Shown here in pieces: positions 18,979 to 28,142 of a DNA stretch of 64,000 nt. The notes below the pieces were generated by a model. That model did not search any database, was not told where the DNA came from, and saw only the letters and a program-made list of their open reading frames with translations. Location: positions 4,074 through 68,073 of the IMG/VR virus record IMGVR_UViG_3300021962_000088; one strand, written 5' to 3'. How positions within the stretch are numbered: position 1 is the first letter of the stretch; each line of letters starts with the position of its first letter. This DNA is from a virus. Position numbers and translations under genes: made by a program.

Positions 18979-19488
18979 ATGAGCTGGGTAGAATTAACCA
19001 AGGAAGCGTTACCAGATTATGCCAAAGATGCTAGGTTGAATCTAGATGCGGTGATCAACAGATCCACTTTAGATCCGATCGTAGCCAACGGTTGTGCTCT
19101 TGCTGCCGCGATGAGTACCGGTAATGGCAAGTTAGTAACCTTCATCCAAAGCAATATAGAAGATGTAACAGAACGCGATGCGGCCCTAACCGCAGGCAGT
19201 ATCATGGCACAGAACAATGTTTGGTATCCATATGTTGAAATGGTCGGAGGTGCCCTCGAAGGTATTCCTCCGCAGCTACGTATGAACGCTATTGCCAGTC
19301 ACGGCGGAACTACTAAGGCTAGATTTGAAGCATATAGTTTGGCTGCTAGCATAGTCGGTAAGTGTCATTTCTGTGTAAAGGCACACTTTGATACGCTTAA
19401 AGCAGAAGGATACTCAATCGATCAGCTACGTGATATTGGACGTATCGCTGCTGTGATTAATTCTGTAGCAAAGGTACTGAATAGTTAA
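18979..19488 (+). CDS. ahpD: AhpD-like alkylhydroperoxidase (carboxymuconolactone decarboxylase family)
   Basis: CHFCVKAH matches the CxxCxxxH active site; adjacent to the peroxiredoxin. Confidence 0.6.
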   Translation: MSWVELTKEALPDYAKDARLNLDAVINRSTLDPIVANGCALAAAMSTGNGKLVTFIQSNIEDVTERDAALTAGSIMAQNNVWYPYVEMVGGALEGIPPQLRMNAIASHGGTTKARFEAYSLAASIVGKCHFCVKAHFDTLKAEGYSIDQLRDIGRIAAVINSVAKVLNS

Positions 19489-19689
19489 TTTTGCGATGCG
19501 AGATTAATGATTTTCAGCATGGTTTTCTTGGTGTTTTTGTCGTATAATAATGATACATACTAAGGCAATAGTATGTTTTATTAGTAAAGGAGAAACATTA
19601 TGTGGACCAAACCAGAAGCAGTTGAAATGCGTTACGGATTTGAGATCACTATGTATGTCATGAACAGATAATACATAGCGTTACTCCAA

Positions 19690-19713
19690 AAACCCGCTTC
19701 GGCGGGTTTTTTC
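19690..19713 (+). terminator. rho-independent terminator (aacccgcTTCGgcgggtt + T6)
   Basis: GC hairpin plus T-run. Confidence 0.75.
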
Positions 19714-19770
19714 TTGACCTTTTTTACAAAGATGTTATACTATTGTATCAGTAACAGATTTGGAGAACAT

Positions 19771-20343
19771 ATGAATGTAACCAAAATTAAGAAAGGTATA
19801 GCTGTAGGCACAGAAATTCCAATGCGGCAGAACTCCGGTAATGTTGGATATTGGATTGAGGAGCAATTGGCTGATAATGGCTATAAGATCAATTCTGGTA
19901 TCGGACCCGATTTAGCTGACTATGGAGTTGAAGTAAAGTCACGCAAGATCGAATCAACTAGTCCGCATACTGTGGGCTCTATGCGTATCAGTGATATTAT
20001 TTCAACATCGTATGATCAAAGTCCAATCAAAGAAAAGTTCCAAAGGCAATATCGTGTCAAATACAGCGATGAAGCTCAGATAGTCACAGAAGAACGAGTT
20101 TACGATTTATCTGACGATTTTATACAGGATCAAATTCGCGAGGCTTATGAAACCGGTAGGAAAAAAATAGCTCAAAATGAAATCGACGGCTACCATCCTC
20201 CCTATGTAAAAGGCACAAGCTGGGGAAATTTCGAAATTACTGAAAGCTGTAGTTCTTACCGTTTTAGAATTCCTGATTATATTATGCGTAAGATCGAGAA
20301 AGTTGTTAAAAATTCTAATCACTTTGATAATCTTTTTGAGTAA
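19771..20343 (+). CDS. putative PD-(D/E)xK restriction-endonuclease-like protein
   Basis: Start re-placed at the Met with RBS ggagaacatATG (the track start at 19714 sits inside the promoter). GPDLADYGVEVKS resembles PD...ExK. Confidence 0.35.
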   Translation: MNVTKIKKGIAVGTEIPMRQNSGNVGYWIEEQLADNGYKINSGIGPDLADYGVEVKSRKIESTSPHTVGSMRISDIISTSYDQSPIKEKFQRQYRVKYSDEAQIVTEERVYDLSDDFIQDQIREAYETGRKKIAQNEIDGYHPPYVKGTSWGNFEITESCSSYRFRIPDYIMRKIEKVVKNSNHFDNLFE

Positions 20344-20349
20344 TCAATC

Positions 20350-20745
20350 ATGACTATGCATTTAGAAGGTCCGTGGCTTAGCACTACAGGCAAGAAAAAA
20401 GGTAAGCAAAAGTTTCGCAATGCTGAGCAGGCCCGCAAAGCTAGAGAACTTGCCGATTCTTGGCAGGATCTACTCAATCGACACAACATCAAAATAGAAA
20501 AGAAGAAAAAGTCTAGAGCTCTTGCGTCAGAGACGTATTTTCCCGAAAAATCTGAACCATATCGTAGAGATACTGGTCCAAAAATTCCTAGTTTGGATCC
20601 TACCAATATGGCACCATGCTTGAAAGCCCCCGACAAGGTCTACACTGGTACTATGATTAAAGGGATTGGAACTATGCATAAAAGTAATGCCGTTCCGATT
20701 TTTTCGGACGAAGAAGCAGTGGATATCGCCAAAATGCGTCGATAA
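20350..20745 (+). CDS. basic hypothetical protein
   Basis: ORF track; Lys/Arg-rich. Confidence 0.4.
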   Translation: MTMHLEGPWLSTTGKKKGKQKFRNAEQARKARELADSWQDLLNRHNIKIEKKKKSRALASETYFPEKSEPYRRDTGPKIPSLDPTNMAPCLKAPDKVYTGTMIKGIGTMHKSNAVPIFSDEEAVDIAKMRR

Positions 20746-21039
20746 TTACCGGTTTTCATGCTATAATATGAGATATATGCTATATAAAATACGTTTCGCA
20801 AAGAAACTAAGATAGTAGAACCAAAGTATGTCAAAAGCTGAAACGGTTCCGCGAGTCTTGGCCTATGAGAAACCCGTGAGATTCGGGCGGTCAAGGCTCC
20901 AAAGGCACACAAGTTATGAGATTGTGCGTCCAATGGAGACAACTACACGAACCCAGGGTTCTTTCAAGAGCCTCGTGAAGTTAACTCCCTTAATGTAATG
21001 TCGCAGTTAATCGTGACACCAAATGAAAGGAGATACAGT

Positions 21040-21591
21040 ATGGAAAAGTCATTAAGACTACTTGCCTATGTGGCAGGATTTATCGCAGTCGTTTATCTAG
21101 TTCAAACGATCACTGCTAATAAATTCACAACCCTAAAAGCACAGAATGGCTATTATAGCCAAGAAGTGGTTTCAATCAAAACACGCGAGCGACAGCTCGA
21201 TTGCCTAGCAATGAATATCTACAGAGAAGCCGGATATGAAAACTTCGAAGGCAAGGTAGCTGTAGCACAGGTTACTATGAACCGTGTCGCACATCCCAGT
21301 TTCCCAAAAGATATCTGCGGAGTGATTTATCAAAAGAGTGTGATTATGGATAAGGTCGTTTGCCAATTCTCATGGTACTGCGATTCAGTTCATAAAACAC
21401 GCCCTGTTAATCCGGCTGCTTACAAAGAAAGCTATGAAGTAGCTAAAAAGGTTCTTTTAGAAGACTTTAGATTGAGTGTTCTAAAGGATGCGTTGTATTA
21501 TCATGCCAACTACGTGAATCCAAAATGGTCCTTAGACAAGATAGGACGAATTGGTAATCACATTTTTTATAGAGAAAGGTCTCGAGGATAA
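21040..21591 (+). CDS. SleB-type cell-wall hydrolase with N-terminal signal-anchor (SAR-endolysin-like)
   Basis: NIYREAGYE...VAQVTMNRV...QFSWYCD (SleB hydrolase domain); N-terminal hydrophobic LRLLAYVAGFIAVVYLV; start at the Met with RBS aaaggagatacagtATG. Confidence 0.65.
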   Translation: MEKSLRLLAYVAGFIAVVYLVQTITANKFTTLKAQNGYYSQEVVSIKTRERQLDCLAMNIYREAGYENFEGKVAVAQVTMNRVAHPSFPKDICGVIYQKSVIMDKVVCQFSWYCDSVHKTRPVNPAAYKESYEVAKKVLLEDFRLSVLKDALYYHANYVNPKWSLDKIGRIGNHIFYRERSRG

Positions 21592-21593
21592 TC

Positions 21594-21914
21594 ATGTTAG
21601 AAAATAAAGATTGGACATTCAATCTCGAATCGGTAAAATGTTTCTTTAACGAAAAACTAAGCCATATTTCTGCTGAAGCACTAGGATGGCTTGCTGTATT
21701 AATTTTACATGCTTCAACTATTCCTAGTCTGCTAGCAGTGATGGCAGGACTTACCGATCGACTCCCAGGAGTTGATTTGGTATTGCTAGTTTGGACAGGT
21801 CTTGCTATGATGTTTGTCAAGGCAGCTGTCCAAAAAGATATTTTAAATCTAGTCACTATCGGGTTTGGATTTGTCCTTCAGGCTGCGATGATGGCTTTGA
21901 TATTCTTCAAATAA
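21594..21914 (+). CDS. three-transmembrane small membrane protein (holin candidate)
   Basis: 106 aa, three hydrophobic helices, immediately downstream of the lysin. Confidence 0.4.
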   Translation: MLENKDWTFNLESVKCFFNEKLSHISAEALGWLAVLILHASTIPSLLAVMAGLTDRLPGVDLVLLVWTGLAMMFVKAAVQKDILNLVTIGFGFVLQAAMMALIFFK

Positions 21915-21931
21915 ATTGGTAATCACCGTAG

Positions 21932-21960
21932 TTGACTTTGGTTGGCTACGGTGCTATAAT
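21932..21960 (+). promoter_or_regulatory. sigma70-like promoter (TTGACT-17-TATAAT)
   Basis: Consensus hexamers upstream of the lipoprotein gene. Confidence 0.5.
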
Positions 21961-21965
21961 TTATA

Positions 21966-22475
21966 TTGTCGTTACTCACACACAGAAAGGCACATATGAA
22001 AAAGGCAATCGCAGTAGGCATTTTGGCAGCAGCCATCACTGGCTGTTCGTCGATGAAGGATATTCCAGACCGCAAAACTTATGCTCAACCATCTTGGTAC
22101 CAAGACTGTGCCCAAGAAGGTGTTAAGGGTTGGTTCTGGTGGAAAGAAGACATGGTCTATGCTTGTGGTGCTGGAGAGTCAGTCTATGCTCAAGCCGCAG
22201 AAGAACAAATGGACGCTATCGCAATGAATAACTTTGCCAAACGCATCAACGGCATCGTTAATTCTGAAACTGTAATCGATATCAAAGATGACAAGAAGGC
22301 AACACGCACTTTGATTTCTTACAAAGTGGATAATACATCAATCCGTAAACACGTAAAAACAGAAAAAGGTCACTTTACTATGAATGGACGTCACTACACC
22401 TATGTGCGTCTTGAAATGAAGAAAAGTGTTTTTGAACAACTAATCGCAGAATCTAAAACCGCAAAGGTACAGTAA
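21966..22475 (+). CDS. lipoprotein
   Basis: Lipobox AAITGC. Confidence 0.55.
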   Translation: MSLLTHRKAHMKKAIAVGILAAAITGCSSMKDIPDRKTYAQPSWYQDCAQEGVKGWFWWKEDMVYACGAGESVYAQAAEEQMDAIAMNNFAKRINGIVNSETVIDIKDDKKATRTLISYKVDNTSIRKHVKTEKGHFTMNGRHYTYVRLEMKKSVFEQLIAESKTAKVQ

Positions 22476-22831
22476 TGAACAACTACAGAGTGAAAAACTA
22501 TCTTTGGATAGTCGTTGCTTTGCTGTTTATTGTAATTGCTTTGACTGGATGCGGGTCAAATCCTAAAATTGCCGATACCGGTCATCAATACTGCTACAAC
22601 AATAAAACTATCACAGTCAAAAATGGTCAAGAAGTGACCAGTGAAAGTGTGACTCAATGTAGTGACGATGTTGTAGGAAAACTGGTAGATGTAAGGGCCG
22701 GTCTGGCAAAGAACTGCAATTATGCTCAGTTACACATTCAGAAAGGGAATAATTATGTACCTCGTACGGCTGTTTATTGTAAAGATGCTTCTGGTGATAC
22801 CCATGTACTGTTTAGCACAGTCATCCGGTAA
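22475..22831 (+). CDS. cysteine-rich lipoprotein
   Basis: Lipobox ALTGC; ATGA overlap with the upstream gene. Confidence 0.5.
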   Translation: MNNYRVKNYLWIVVALLFIVIALTGCGSNPKIADTGHQYCYNNKTITVKNGQEVTSESVTQCSDDVVGKLVDVRAGLAKNCNYAQLHIQKGNNYVPRTAVYCKDASGDTHVLFSTVIR

Positions 22832-23159
22832 ACCGCCACAATTTCTTTATGAAGAAACATTTAAAATATCACCGAGAATAAGTCTTGGTTGGGGTAAGTC
22901 ATTCACTGACGAGCAGATGGAATACTATTCAACTGCTCAATGGCATGCTCTTGTTTACGCAGAAGTAAATGAAAAAGTTAAATGGCAAAACAATGGTGCC
23001 CACGGCTACTCGCAGGTGTTGGCTTTAGAAAAAGGCAACGGCGGATATTGTAAACATGTGCTAACTGTGGTTTATGCCTTTGGAAAAAAAGAATCGATAG
23101 TTGCGGCTGCTTGTCACACCCATTGGAATAAAAGATGGACGTGGTACGAACTAGAATAA
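22755..23159 (+). CDS. secreted protein (overlaps the preceding lipoprotein gene in another frame)
   Basis: Signal peptide MYLVRLFIVKMLLVIPMYCLAQS; RBS aagggaataattATG. Confidence 0.4.
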   Translation: MYLVRLFIVKMLLVIPMYCLAQSSGKPPQFLYEETFKISPRISLGWGKSFTDEQMEYYSTAQWHALVYAEVNEKVKWQNNGAHGYSQVLALEKGNGGYCKHVLTVVYAFGKKESIVAAACHTHWNKRWTWYELE

Positions 23160-23169
23160 ATAATACTCT

Positions 23170-24621
23170 ATGATATTTGCCCTATTACTATTTCTAACAG
23201 GTATAACCCTATCCGCTGTAGCAATCTATTACAGCGTTATAGGGTTAACTTCTATTTTTGCTGCGGCGTTTTGGCCAGTGGTGGTCATGGGTACCACACT
23301 AGAAGTAGCCAAACTGGTAGCAGCCAGTTGGCTCAAAGCCTACTGGGAATCGATTCCACGATTCATGAAAATCTACATGTCTATCGCAGTAGTGGTCCTT
23401 ATGTTGATCACGTCGATGGGTATTTTTGGTTTCTTGTCAAAAGCTCATTTGGATCAAAACATCGTCAGCGGAGATGTACAGGGAAAGATCGCTATCTATG
23501 ATGAAAAGATCAAAACATCTAAAGACAACATCGATGCGAATCGTAAAGCACTTAGACAAATGGATGAGGCTGTGGACCAAGTTATGGGTCGAAGCCAAGA
23601 CGAAAAAGGTGCCGACAAGGCAGTTGCGTTGCGTAGGTCGCAGGCCAAAGAACGCTCTCGACTGCTTTCTGAGATTGCCGCTGAACAGAAAACAATTAGT
23701 CAACTTAGTGAAGAACGGGCACCTATCGCCGCTGAAGTACGTAAGGTAGAAGCAGAAGTTGGTCCAATAAAATATATCGCTAAACTTATCTATGGCGATA
23801 ACCCGGATCAAAATATCTTAGAAAAAGCAGTAACTTGGGTCATCATGATCATTGTTATTGTCTTTGATCCATTAGCTGTTTTATTGTTGTTGGGCAGTCA
23901 GATGACCTATCAATGGACTCGTGGCCAGCGCCCTGCTGAACCCGAAGATGCTGAAGTCAGCGACTGGTTTGATAAGATCAAAGAACGTGCCCGCTTCTGG
24001 GACAAACAAGAACAGCCTAAAGAAATCTTAGACGATACTAATACCATTAAGTTTTGGCCGTTTCCTTTGAGAAATCCGGATCCCGATGCCGCTGTGGCGC
24101 AGACCGAACCAGCTGTCGAAAGCGAATCAAAACTAAGGTTATCTAACATGGTCAAGGCTGTGAAAGGGTTTTCTTTCAGCAAGCCTGAACCTGAACCAGA
24201 GCCTAAGCAAGATGAAACATCTGCTCTAGAAGAATGGAACAAGATGATCGAGGAAGCTGAACGTGCTGCCAAAAATGAAATAGAAAAAGAAGATGATGAA
24301 ATGATGGACTCTGCTGATCGCTTAGAAAAAGAAGCGATGAAAGTATGGAAATCTGAACATCCTCATGACAGCCTAAAACGCCAGCGTAGATTGTTTGATC
24401 ATGGTTCTATCAGTGAGCTGCCTTGGATGACTGAGCCTTACTACAATACAGAAATACTCACAGATGACGAAATCGCACAGAGCTATAATGATATTGTAGT
24501 CGAAGAAAGACTAAAACCAGATCTAACTGAAGTAATAGAACCTAACGAAGATCTAAAAAAAAAGGATCTGACCTATCTGGAGAAATTAGGACCGGAGCAG
24601 GTACAGAAGCCTTTGAAATAG
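23170..24621 (+). CDS. membrane protein with coiled-coil and acidic C-terminus (possible -1 frameshift extension to 24893)
   Basis: 483-aa ORF; N-terminal and mid transmembrane segments; TAG stop. Confidence 0.5.
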   Translation: MIFALLLFLTGITLSAVAIYYSVIGLTSIFAAAFWPVVVMGTTLEVAKLVAASWLKAYWESIPRFMKIYMSIAVVVLMLITSMGIFGFLSKAHLDQNIVSGDVQGKIAIYDEKIKTSKDNIDANRKALRQMDEAVDQVMGRSQDEKGADKAVALRRSQAKERSRLLSEIAAEQKTISQLSEERAPIAAEVRKVEAEVGPIKYIAKLIYGDNPDQNILEKAVTWVIMIIVIVFDPLAVLLLLGSQMTYQWTRGQRPAEPEDAEVSDWFDKIKERARFWDKQEQPKEILDDTNTIKFWPFPLRNPDPDAAVAQTEPAVESESKLRLSNMVKAVKGFSFSKPEPEPEPKQDETSALEEWNKMIEEAERAAKNEIEKEDDEMMDSADRLEKEAMKVWKSEHPHDSLKRQRRLFDHGSISELPWMTEPYYNTEILTDDEIAQSYNDIVVEERLKPDLTEVIEPNEDLKKKDLTYLEKLGPEQVQKPLK

Positions 24622-24889
24622 ATTATAGACAAAATTCTGAACAGAATGAATCTACTATCTGGAAAAGTTTTAAGAACATCAAACACGAAGATTCGAGATA
24701 CGATCTCGTTAATCAACTATATACCTTTCTCTCAAACGACATCATCGATAACTACGAATTTCCGGAAGTCGATGACAGCGAATATCAAAGGGTTATCAAT
24801 TTGATCATCCAATTGAGATCTAGATTAATCAAACCAGAAGATTTAGAAAATTCTGATCTTGAAACAATCACAGAAATATTAAAGAAAAT

Positions 24890-25288
24890 ATGATCGGTAA
24901 CAAACTGCTTTTAATCACACCGCCCGACGATATTGATACTGACGGATTAAGGATTTTATTAGTAGGAATATCTCAAGATAAAACCAATTTAATCTCGTCG
25001 GCATTAACACAGTTGCCCAAGATTCCTAACACAATCCTTTATATGTGGGCACCTGGCAATGACATGAAATGGTTGATAGATAAGAAGAATAAAAGTCAAT
25101 TAATCATTTATGACATAGATAATATATCCGGAGAACTTACTGGTTATTTCAGTGCTCAGATAAACAGTTACTATTTTGGCCATTTGCGTGATCTAGATAT
25201 AATTAATAATAACAGCATTTTAGATGTAAATCAATGCTACGAACTTTTGGAGAATACAATCGCAACCTATGAGAAATCAATACGATAA
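24890..25288 (+). CDS. hypothetical protein
   Basis: ORF track. Confidence 0.4.
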   Translation: MIGNKLLLITPPDDIDTDGLRILLVGISQDKTNLISSALTQLPKIPNTILYMWAPGNDMKWLIDKKNKSQLIIYDIDNISGELTGYFSAQINSYYFGHLRDLDIINNNSILDVNQCYELLENTIATYEKSIR

Positions 25289-25514
25289 TCGAATCTGTAG
25301 AGGTGTTACAGTTATAGTTAAAGAGGGCGAACACATCGAGAAGGCCCTTAGAAAGTTTAAGAACAAGATCAGCGATTCTAAACTTTTAGAAACTCTTCGC
25401 GAAAGAGAACATTATACTAAACCATCAGAAGCACGTAAAAAAGCTAAATCGGCTGCTCGTGCTCGTTGGAAGAAAAAAATAAAAGATCAACAATTACCAC
25501 CAAAACTTTTTTAA
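25269..25514 (+). CDS. rpsU: ribosomal protein S21 homolog
   Basis: RNQYDNRICRGVTVIVKEGEHIEKALRKFK...ARKKAKSAARARWKKK matches the bS21 family. Confidence 0.8.
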   Translation: MRNQYDNRICRGVTVIVKEGEHIEKALRKFKNKISDSKLLETLREREHYTKPSEARKKAKSAARARWKKKIKDQQLPPKLF

Positions 25515-25518
25515 ACCA

Positions 25519-25547
25519 TTGACGATTGAAGTAATAGAAAGTATAAT
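25519..25547 (+). promoter_or_regulatory. sigma70 consensus promoter (TTGACG-17-TATAAT)
   Basis: Overlaps the rpsU 3' end; drives the exonuclease gene. Confidence 0.55.
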
Positions 25548-25553
25548 AGTAAT

Positions 25554-26135
25554 ATGAATACAGATATTATGATCGACCTAGAGACGCTTGACGTTCTCCC
25601 CTCAGCTACAATATTAACTATCGGTGCCGTAAAGTTTGATCCCTTTGGATCTGAAATAGAAGAACCAGCTATGGAAAAATTCTATGTAAAAGTAGATGTT
25701 GATAGCTGTGATCGACTAGGCTGTACTGTGTCCACCGCAACATTAGATTGGTGGGCTAATCAAAGCAAAGAAGCACAAGAGGAAGCATTTAGTCCCGACG
25801 GAAGGATTGACATCATCGATGCGATGAATCAACTGTACAAGTTCTGCTGGGGCGCGAAGCGTGTTTGGAGTCACGGTGCTGGTTTTGACGTTATTATCTG
25901 CGAAAACTTATTCCGCAAGATGGGCAAAGCAATACCCTGGAGTTTCTGGGAAGTACGAGATACTCGTACTATTTTTGATATAGGTATAGACCCCCGTCGT
26001 CCTCCAGTGCTAAAACATCATGCTTTAGAAGATGCGTGGAATCAAGCTGTGGGCGTACAGAATGTGTTTACTAAGCTACGTTCTGCCAGTTCCATAGACG
26101 GTAAAATGTTTGCCCCATTCGCTAATCAGAGATAA
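25554..26135 (+). CDS. DEDDh 3'-5' exonuclease (DnaQ/oligoribonuclease-like)
   Basis: Exo I IDLETLD, Exo II HGAGFDVII, Exo III HHALEDAW. Confidence 0.65.
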   Translation: MNTDIMIDLETLDVLPSATILTIGAVKFDPFGSEIEEPAMEKFYVKVDVDSCDRLGCTVSTATLDWWANQSKEAQEEAFSPDGRIDIIDAMNQLYKFCWGAKRVWSHGAGFDVIICENLFRKMGKAIPWSFWEVRDTRTIFDIGIDPRRPPVLKHHALEDAWNQAVGVQNVFTKLRSASSIDGKMFAPFANQR

Positions 26136-26217
26136 ATATTTTTGTAAGATGCTTCGGGTCTTACAAACGGGCAGTTTGCCCAAAACTTAAATCTTGCTTA
26201 ATTAAAGGAGATAAAAT

Positions 26218-28080
26218 ATGAGCAAAGTCATCGGTATTGACCTCGGAACCACCAATTCGTGCGTGGCTATCATCGAGGCAGGAAATTCCAAAGTAATTGA
26301 AAATTCTGAAGGTGCTAGAACTACACCTAGTATTGTCGCCTACGCTAATGATGAAATCTTAGTAGGTGCTTCAGCGAAACGACAGGCAGTTACAAACCCT
26401 AAAAATACCATCTACGCAGCCAAGCGTTTGATCGGTCGTAAATTTACCGAAAAAGCAGTACAGAAAGACTTAGATCTAATGCCCTATGAGATTTTTGAAT
26501 CTTCAAACGGTGACGCATGGATCCGAGCACAAGATAAAGAACTAGCACCACCACAGGTCAGTGCTGAAGTTTTGCGTAAAATGAAAAAGACAGCAGAGGA
26601 CTATTTAGGTGAAACAGTTACACAAGCGGTCATTACAGTTCCTGCATACTTTAACGACAGCCAAAGACAGGCGACTAAGGATGCTGGAAAAATCGCAGGC
26701 TTGGAAGTACTCCGTATTATTAACGAGCCTACTGCGGCAGCTCTTGCTTATGGCGTTGATAAAGCTGATAAAGCTGACAGGAAAGTTGCTGTTTACGACC
26801 TTGGTGGCGGTACTTTCGATGTATCGATCATTGAGATCGCGAATGTAGATGGTGACAAACAAATTGAAGTTCTAAGCACCAACGGTGATACATTCCTTGG
26901 TGGTGAAGACTTTGACCAACGCATCATGGATTACTTGGTCGACGAGTTTAAGAAAGAACAAGGAATCGATCTAACCAAAGATATGTTGGCTCTACAACGA
27001 TTAAAAGATGCTGCTGAGAAAGCTAAGATAGAGTTATCTAGCAGTAATCAAACAGAAGTCAATCTACCATATATTACTGCCGATGCTGGCGGACCTAAGC
27101 ATCTTGTTGTGAAGTTAACTAAAGCTAAACTAGAAGGACTAGTCGATGAGCTGATCCAACGTAGTCTAGAGCCATGCCGTATCGCTATGAAAGACGCTGG
27201 AGTTACAGCTAACGATATTGACGAAGTCATCCTTGTCGGTGGTCAAACACGTATGCCTAAAGTACAAGAAGAAGTTGAAAAACTTTTCGGCAAAGCACCA
27301 CGTAAAGATGTTAACCCAGATGAAGCAGTAGCAGTTGGTGCGGCTATTCAAGGTTCAGTACTAGCAGGTGATCGCACAGACGTTCTATTGTTAGACGTTA
27401 CACCATTGAGTCTAGGTATCGAAACAATGGGCGGTGTGTTTACTAAACTTGTACAGAAGAACACAACCATTCCTACTAAGGCTAGTCAAGTGTTTTCAAC
27501 AGCAGAAGATAATCAACCTGCCGTGACTATTAAAGTCGGACAAGGCGAACGCGAGCTGTTCCAATATAATAAGATCCTGGGAGAATTTAATCTAGAAGGC
27601 ATTGCCCCCGCACGTCGTGGTACTCCTCAGATCGAAGTTACTTTTGATATCGATGCCAACGGTATCATGAACATCTCAGCCAAAGACAAAGGCACAGGTA
27701 AAGAAAATAAGATTACTATCAAGAGCGACAGCGGTCTAAGCAAAGAGCAGATCGAACAGATGATCCGCGACGCAGAAGCCAATGCTGAAGCTGATAAGAA
27801 AGCACGTGAGTTGATCGATGCTAAGAATCAAGCTGAATCAATGATCAACAGTGTAGAAAATGATCTAAAAGAAACCACACTCACAGACACAGATAAAAAA
27901 GAAATCGAAGATGCTATCGCAGCTCTTCAGAAAGAATTGACTAGCGATGACAAAGACGCTATCACACAAAAGACCAGCGATTTGATCGTAGCTAGCCAAA
28001 AGATCGCAGAATCTAAAAAGCAGACAGAAACACCTGCCCAAGATGATGTGGTCGATGCGGAGTTTAAGCAAACGACTTAA
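26218..28080 (+). CDS. dnaK: molecular chaperone DnaK (Hsp70)
   Basis: [13 protein letters not shown] and DLGGGTFD signatures; 620 aa. Confidence 0.9.
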   Translation: MSKVIGIDLGTTNSCVAIIEAGNSKVIENSEGARTTPSIVAYANDEILVGASAKRQAVTNPKNTIYAAKRLIGRKFTEKAVQKDLDLMPYEIFESSNGDAWIRAQDKELAPPQVSAEVLRKMKKTAEDYLGETVTQAVITVPAYFNDSQRQATKDAGKIAGLEVLRIINEPTAAALAYGVDKADKADRKVAVYDLGGGTFDVSIIEIANVDGDKQIEVLSTNGDTFLGGEDFDQRIMDYLVDEFKKEQGIDLTKDMLALQRLKDAAEKAKIELSSSNQTEVNLPYITADAGGPKHLVVKLTKAKLEGLVDELIQRSLEPCRIAMKDAGVTANDIDEVILVGGQTRMPKVQEEVEKLFGKAPRKDVNPDEAVAVGAAIQGSVLAGDRTDVLLLDVTPLSLGIETMGGVFTKLVQKNTTIPTKASQVFSTAEDNQPAVTIKVGQGERELFQYNKILGEFNLEGIAPARRGTPQIEVTFDIDANGIMNISAKDKGTGKENKITIKSDSGLSKEQIEQMIRDAEANAEADKKARELIDAKNQAESMINSVENDLKETTLTDTDKKEIEDAIAALQKELTSDDKDAITQKTSDLIVASQKIAESKKQTETPAQDDVVDAEFKQTT

Positions 28081-28142
28081 ACTCTCATAAGAGGTGCTCA
28101 GGTGAGGCCTCGATACATTCTTGCTTAACAAGGAGAAATAAA

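Noticed and set aside
20640-20942. 100-aa minus-strand ORF in the pre-lysis intergenic region
   Set aside because: No RBS; hydrophobic junk-like sequence; the region is more plausibly a + strand leader or sRNA.
26140-26217. Sigma32 heat-shock promoter or CIRCE element upstream of dnaK
   Set aside because: No match to CTTGAAA-N13-15-CCCCATnT or to the CIRCE inverted repeat; only a conserved leader shared with hsp20 was found.
26605-27351. Antisense and out-of-frame ORFs inside dnaK (26605..26862 -, 26609..26848 +, 27048..27230 -, 27166..27351 -)
   Set aside because: Fully embedded in a highly conserved Hsp70 CDS; no RBS; low-complexity translations.
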